Source: a virus (lineage: Duplodnaviria; Caudoviricetes). From it: a DNA stretch of 64,000 nt. This document shows, in pieces, positions 61,404-64,000 of the stretch (position 1 is the stretch's first letter; each line of letters opens with the position of its first letter). A program made the position numbers and the translations under genes. The notes under the pieces are model-generated. The model did no database searches and was not told the origin of the DNA. It was given only the letters and a program-made list of their open reading frames with translations. The stretch lies in the IMG/VR virus record IMGVR_UViG_3300032218_002851, positions 1-64,000 of that record. One strand, given 5' to 3'.

Positions 61404-63622
61404 ACAAAGGCAAAGTAGTTGATGTCCAGTGTGACACTAACGGCGCCGCCACTGTTGTTGGCATATTCAATGCTGACTGTGTTTAGGGCACTGGCCCAGG
61501 CCGCTGTTATGCTGAACTGGCGATCAGGCGTTACAGTACCAGAGGATATGATGATCTTGTGACTGGTAGTCAATCCGGTTATGGTGTATGTCACTGTGGC
61601 TACGGAGTTTTTAGGAACGCTGCCAGTGGCTGCAGACAGTTTTCCTGCCAGGAATGTTCCTATCGCTGTTGTACCTGCTGTGGCCAACTGTGTGGCTTTA
61701 CCAACAACATTACCATAATGTGCTGTGGCAATAACATTGCCTGCTGTGATATTACCGGTGGTATTGATTGTGGCAGTGGTTAGGTATGCGGCTGTGTTGG
61801 CATTGGCGCCTGTGGACAAACTGTTGATAGCTGTGTTGGCCGCTGTGATGTTAGCACGGAGTGCAGAAATGTATGTGTCTGTTTCGATGCCCAGTAGTGT
61901 ACCAGCAATGGTAGTAAATGTACCTTTGGTACCTGATACATTGCCTGTGGTAACATTGCCTGTGACTGCTAGACTGGTTAGCGTACCAACGCTTGTGATA
62001 TTGGTCTGTGCGCTTGCTGTAACTGTGGCGGCTGTGACTGCTGATGTTGCCTGTCCACTCAGTGCGGCTGTGATCACGTTGGCTGAGAAGTTGCCTGACG
62101 CATCACGACTCACAATAGCACCGGCTGTGTACGCACTGGTAGCATCTGTTGAAATAGTGATGGCACCAGTGGGCTGGTTAACTGATAGGTGTGTGCCAGC
62201 AGTTAGGCTGGTGAACAGGCCAAATGGTGGTACATAACTCCAAACAGAGCCGTTGTATATAACAAAGCCGCCTTGTGCATAGGCCTGACTACCGGCGCCT
62301 AGGTTTTGTGTGCCAGCCACGCTGATAGAATATTCCCAACCTGCTGTGCCTGATCCATTGGCCAACTCAGGAGTATTGGTGCTGGCATCCCAGGCACCTT
62401 TGTAGAGCACTCCTCCGATCAGGCTTGGTGGAATCTGTGCGGCTGTCAAGTAACCATTGCTGTCCAGGGTGGCCACACCCAGGCTGTTGCCTTTTTGTGT
62501 GAGTGGAATACCTGCTGTGGTCTGTGTTGTGTCATCAGTGACAAATGTAATAGCGTTGGCAGAGATGCCAGTAGTAGTAATACTGGCCACTTGTTGACTC
62601 ACATTACTGCCTATGGGTGTAGTCCAGAAGTTGATCTTTGAACCTTTGGCTGAGTCTGTGAAGTTTTCAACAGCCACTGATTCTATGCGTGTGCCGCCTG
62701 TACCCCATGTTGTTGCACCAAATCCATTTGAACTCAAACGACTTAGAATGTCATTTTGTTTTATTGCAGCAGGTGCAGCCACTGTGCCACGGGCCGCATA
62801 ACTGCCCCATACTGCATAACTGTTGTTGCCGCCAATGCTGTCAGTAGCACCATAGGCTCTCTGAATTACACGACTGTTTTTGTTAGGACGACCTACGGTC
62901 TGCATCACAGTGTCGGGTAAGATGGTCACAGGATCTGCTCCACCTGACGCATTCATGCTGACCATGGGTTCAGTTGGACTATATGTGGTATTGTCAAACT
63001 GTGCTTTACGCTTGATATAGAAAAATCCTGTGTCGTCGATAGCGCCAATTGAGATGTCGAGATTGTTGGTAGCACTGGTCAAGGTGGTGTCAACAATCAC
63101 CAGGTTGCCCACTGCCAGGTTCTGTGCGCCGTTTAGATACAGTGTACCGTTGTTAACAGTAAACGCAACATCAGCTCCGGTGGTTTCATCCTGCATGTGT
63201 AGACTGGCACGGCCAATCCATATATCACCCCAGCGATGACTACTGTTACCAATGCTTAGATTGCCATTGGTATATGCTGGCACCAGGTTATTAACCAAGC
63301 TGCTTGGCAGGTAAGGAACTGTTTGCGGATCAGGATAATCGCTGCCGTCAAAATAGATACCACCGTCGCCTAGATGAATATGATTCCAGCGCAGTGCACC
63401 AGTGCCAATGCCATAGATGTTGTCTGTCCCTGGAACCAGCGTGTCTGTAATAATGTTAACCGCTTCGATGCCAATTGGTTGTCCGCCGGGTGTAACGCCA
63501 TCACTTAATCGTAATACACCGGTGGCTTCGTCGTAGAAAAGTCGACCCTTCTCACCTATGTAGGTGTTACGGACGCCATTGATTCTAGTGCTCCAAACTT
63601 TTTGTAACTTAGCCACTGGCAA
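61400..63622 (-). CDS. Tail fibre / virion structural protein
   Basis: YIGEKGRLFYDE..G.LRLSDG.TPGG, RWGDIW.G, YKGAWDASTNTP.L and T.ASQ.NITSVGTL beta-repeat motifs. Confidence 0.75.
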   Translation of the reverse strand: MPVAKLQKVWSTRINGVRNTYIGEKGRLFYDEATGVLRLSDGVTPGGQPIGIEAVNIITDTLVPGTDNIYGIGTGALRWNHIHLGDGGIYFDGSDYPDPQTVPYLPSSLVNNLVPAYTNGNLSIGNSSHRWGDIWIGRASLHMQDETTGADVAFTVNNGTLYLNGAQNLAVGNLVIVDTTLTSATNNLDISIGAIDDTGFFYIKRKAQFDNTTYSPTEPMVSMNASGGADPVTILPDTVMQTVGRPNKNSRVIQRAYGATDSIGGNNSYAVWGSYAARGTVAAPAAIKQNDILSRLSSNGFGATTWGTGGTRIESVAVENFTDSAKGSKINFWTTPIGSNVSQQVASITTTGISANAITFVTDDTTQTTAGIPLTQKGNSLGVATLDSNGYLTAAQIPPSLIGGVLYKGAWDASTNTPELANGSGTAGWEYSISVAGTQNLGAGSQAYAQGGFVIYNGSVWSYVPPFGLFTSLTAGTHLSVNQPTGAITISTDATSAYTAGAIVSRDASGNFSANVITAALSGQATSAVTAATVTASAQTNITSVGTLTSLAVTGNVTTGNVSGTKGTFTTIAGTLLGIETDTYISALRANITAANTAINSLSTGANANTAAYLTTATINTTGNITAGNVIATAHYGNVVGKATQLATAGTTAIGTFLAGKLSAATGSVPKNSVATVTYTITGLTTSHKIIISSGTVTPDRQFSITAAWASALNTVSIEYANNSGGAVSVTLDINYFAFV

Positions 63623-63625
63623 TCC

Positions 63626-63973
63626 TTAAACGATGTCGTTTTCTTCGCCGCCGATATCCTGTATGATTACAGGAAGTCCGGCGTTTTGTTTGATAATATC
63701 TAATTCGTCGGGTTCGCACTCACAAGGATCGCAGCCGCAGTGTTCGCAGGATGCGTGTTCGTTATCATAGTAACTGTCAACCCCAGCAGCCTTCTTTAAC
63801 AATTCGTGCTTTTGTTGTAGCGGAGCAATCATCACTGTGGTATCAGTGTGATCTTCGTGATCTGCTGACATAGGTGTTAGTTTTGCTTGATTTGGACTAG
63901 CGTGTGATTGTCTGCCCATTTCTGCTTTGGCTACTATATCCGACAAGTTTCTTAGAATTTCTGAGGCTTTCAT
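63626..63973 (-). CDS. Hypothetical late protein
   Basis: MKASEILR...MIAPLQQKHELLKKAAG; TAAATA upstream. Confidence 0.6.
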   Translation of the reverse strand: MKASEILRNLSDIVAKAEMGRQSHASPNQAKLTPMSADHEDHTDTTVMIAPLQQKHELLKKAAGVDSYYDNEHASCEHCGCDPCECEPDELDIIKQNAGLPVIIQDIGGEENDIV

Positions 63974-64000
63974 ATTTTATCCTGTTTGTATATTTATTAC

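Noticed and set aside
1-64000. CRISPR array, standard tRNA genes, IS/integrase, introns
   Set aside because: No regularly spaced repeats, no canonical tRNA cloverleaf other than the tmRNA domain, and no transposase/integrase or intron motifs seen by eye; a tRNAscan/Infernal run could still find missed ones.
1-64000. Stop-codon reassignment (as in some jumbo phages)
   Set aside because: Known proteins (Hps, PstS, UvsE, CsgG) are full length in code 11 and TAA/TAG/TGA all act as stops.
1-64000. pmoC or other pqq genes (pqqB-E)
   Set aside because: Not present in this window; host assignment therefore rests on Hps/Phi, PqqA and lipoprotein style, and is an inference.

Overview
64-kb segment of a large T4-like (myovirus-type) phage genome, almost entirely minus-strand and read with the standard genetic code. 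Structural/tail-fibre genes bracket the window. Between them lie long runs of small early ORFs driven by consensus sigma70 promoters (TTGACA-17/18-TATAAT-like) and late-type genes preceded by TAAATA. The auxiliary genes point to a gammaproteobacterial methanotroph/methylotroph host. They include a RuMP formaldehyde-fixation pair (hps-phi) and an unannotated 24-aa PqqA precursor in its own transcription unit. They also include a phosphate-starvation kit (pstS, OprO/P porin with a candidate Pho box, plcP-agt membrane-lipid remodelling pair). Translation/proteostasis genes are IF-1, bS21, ClpS, Hsp20 with a ROSE-like leader, and a circularly permuted two-piece tmRNA. Other contents: SOD, UvsE, a curli-like csgF-csgG-curlin-FecR-CHASE2/adenylate cyclase cassette, and three tandem amidoligase-like proteins (one fused to a nucleotidyltransferase). 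Non-coding features include a 3-copy fixed-spacing ~115-bp element, hairpin-gated late promoters and two candidate structured RNAs. All product calls come from motif recognition by eye; no database search was run.
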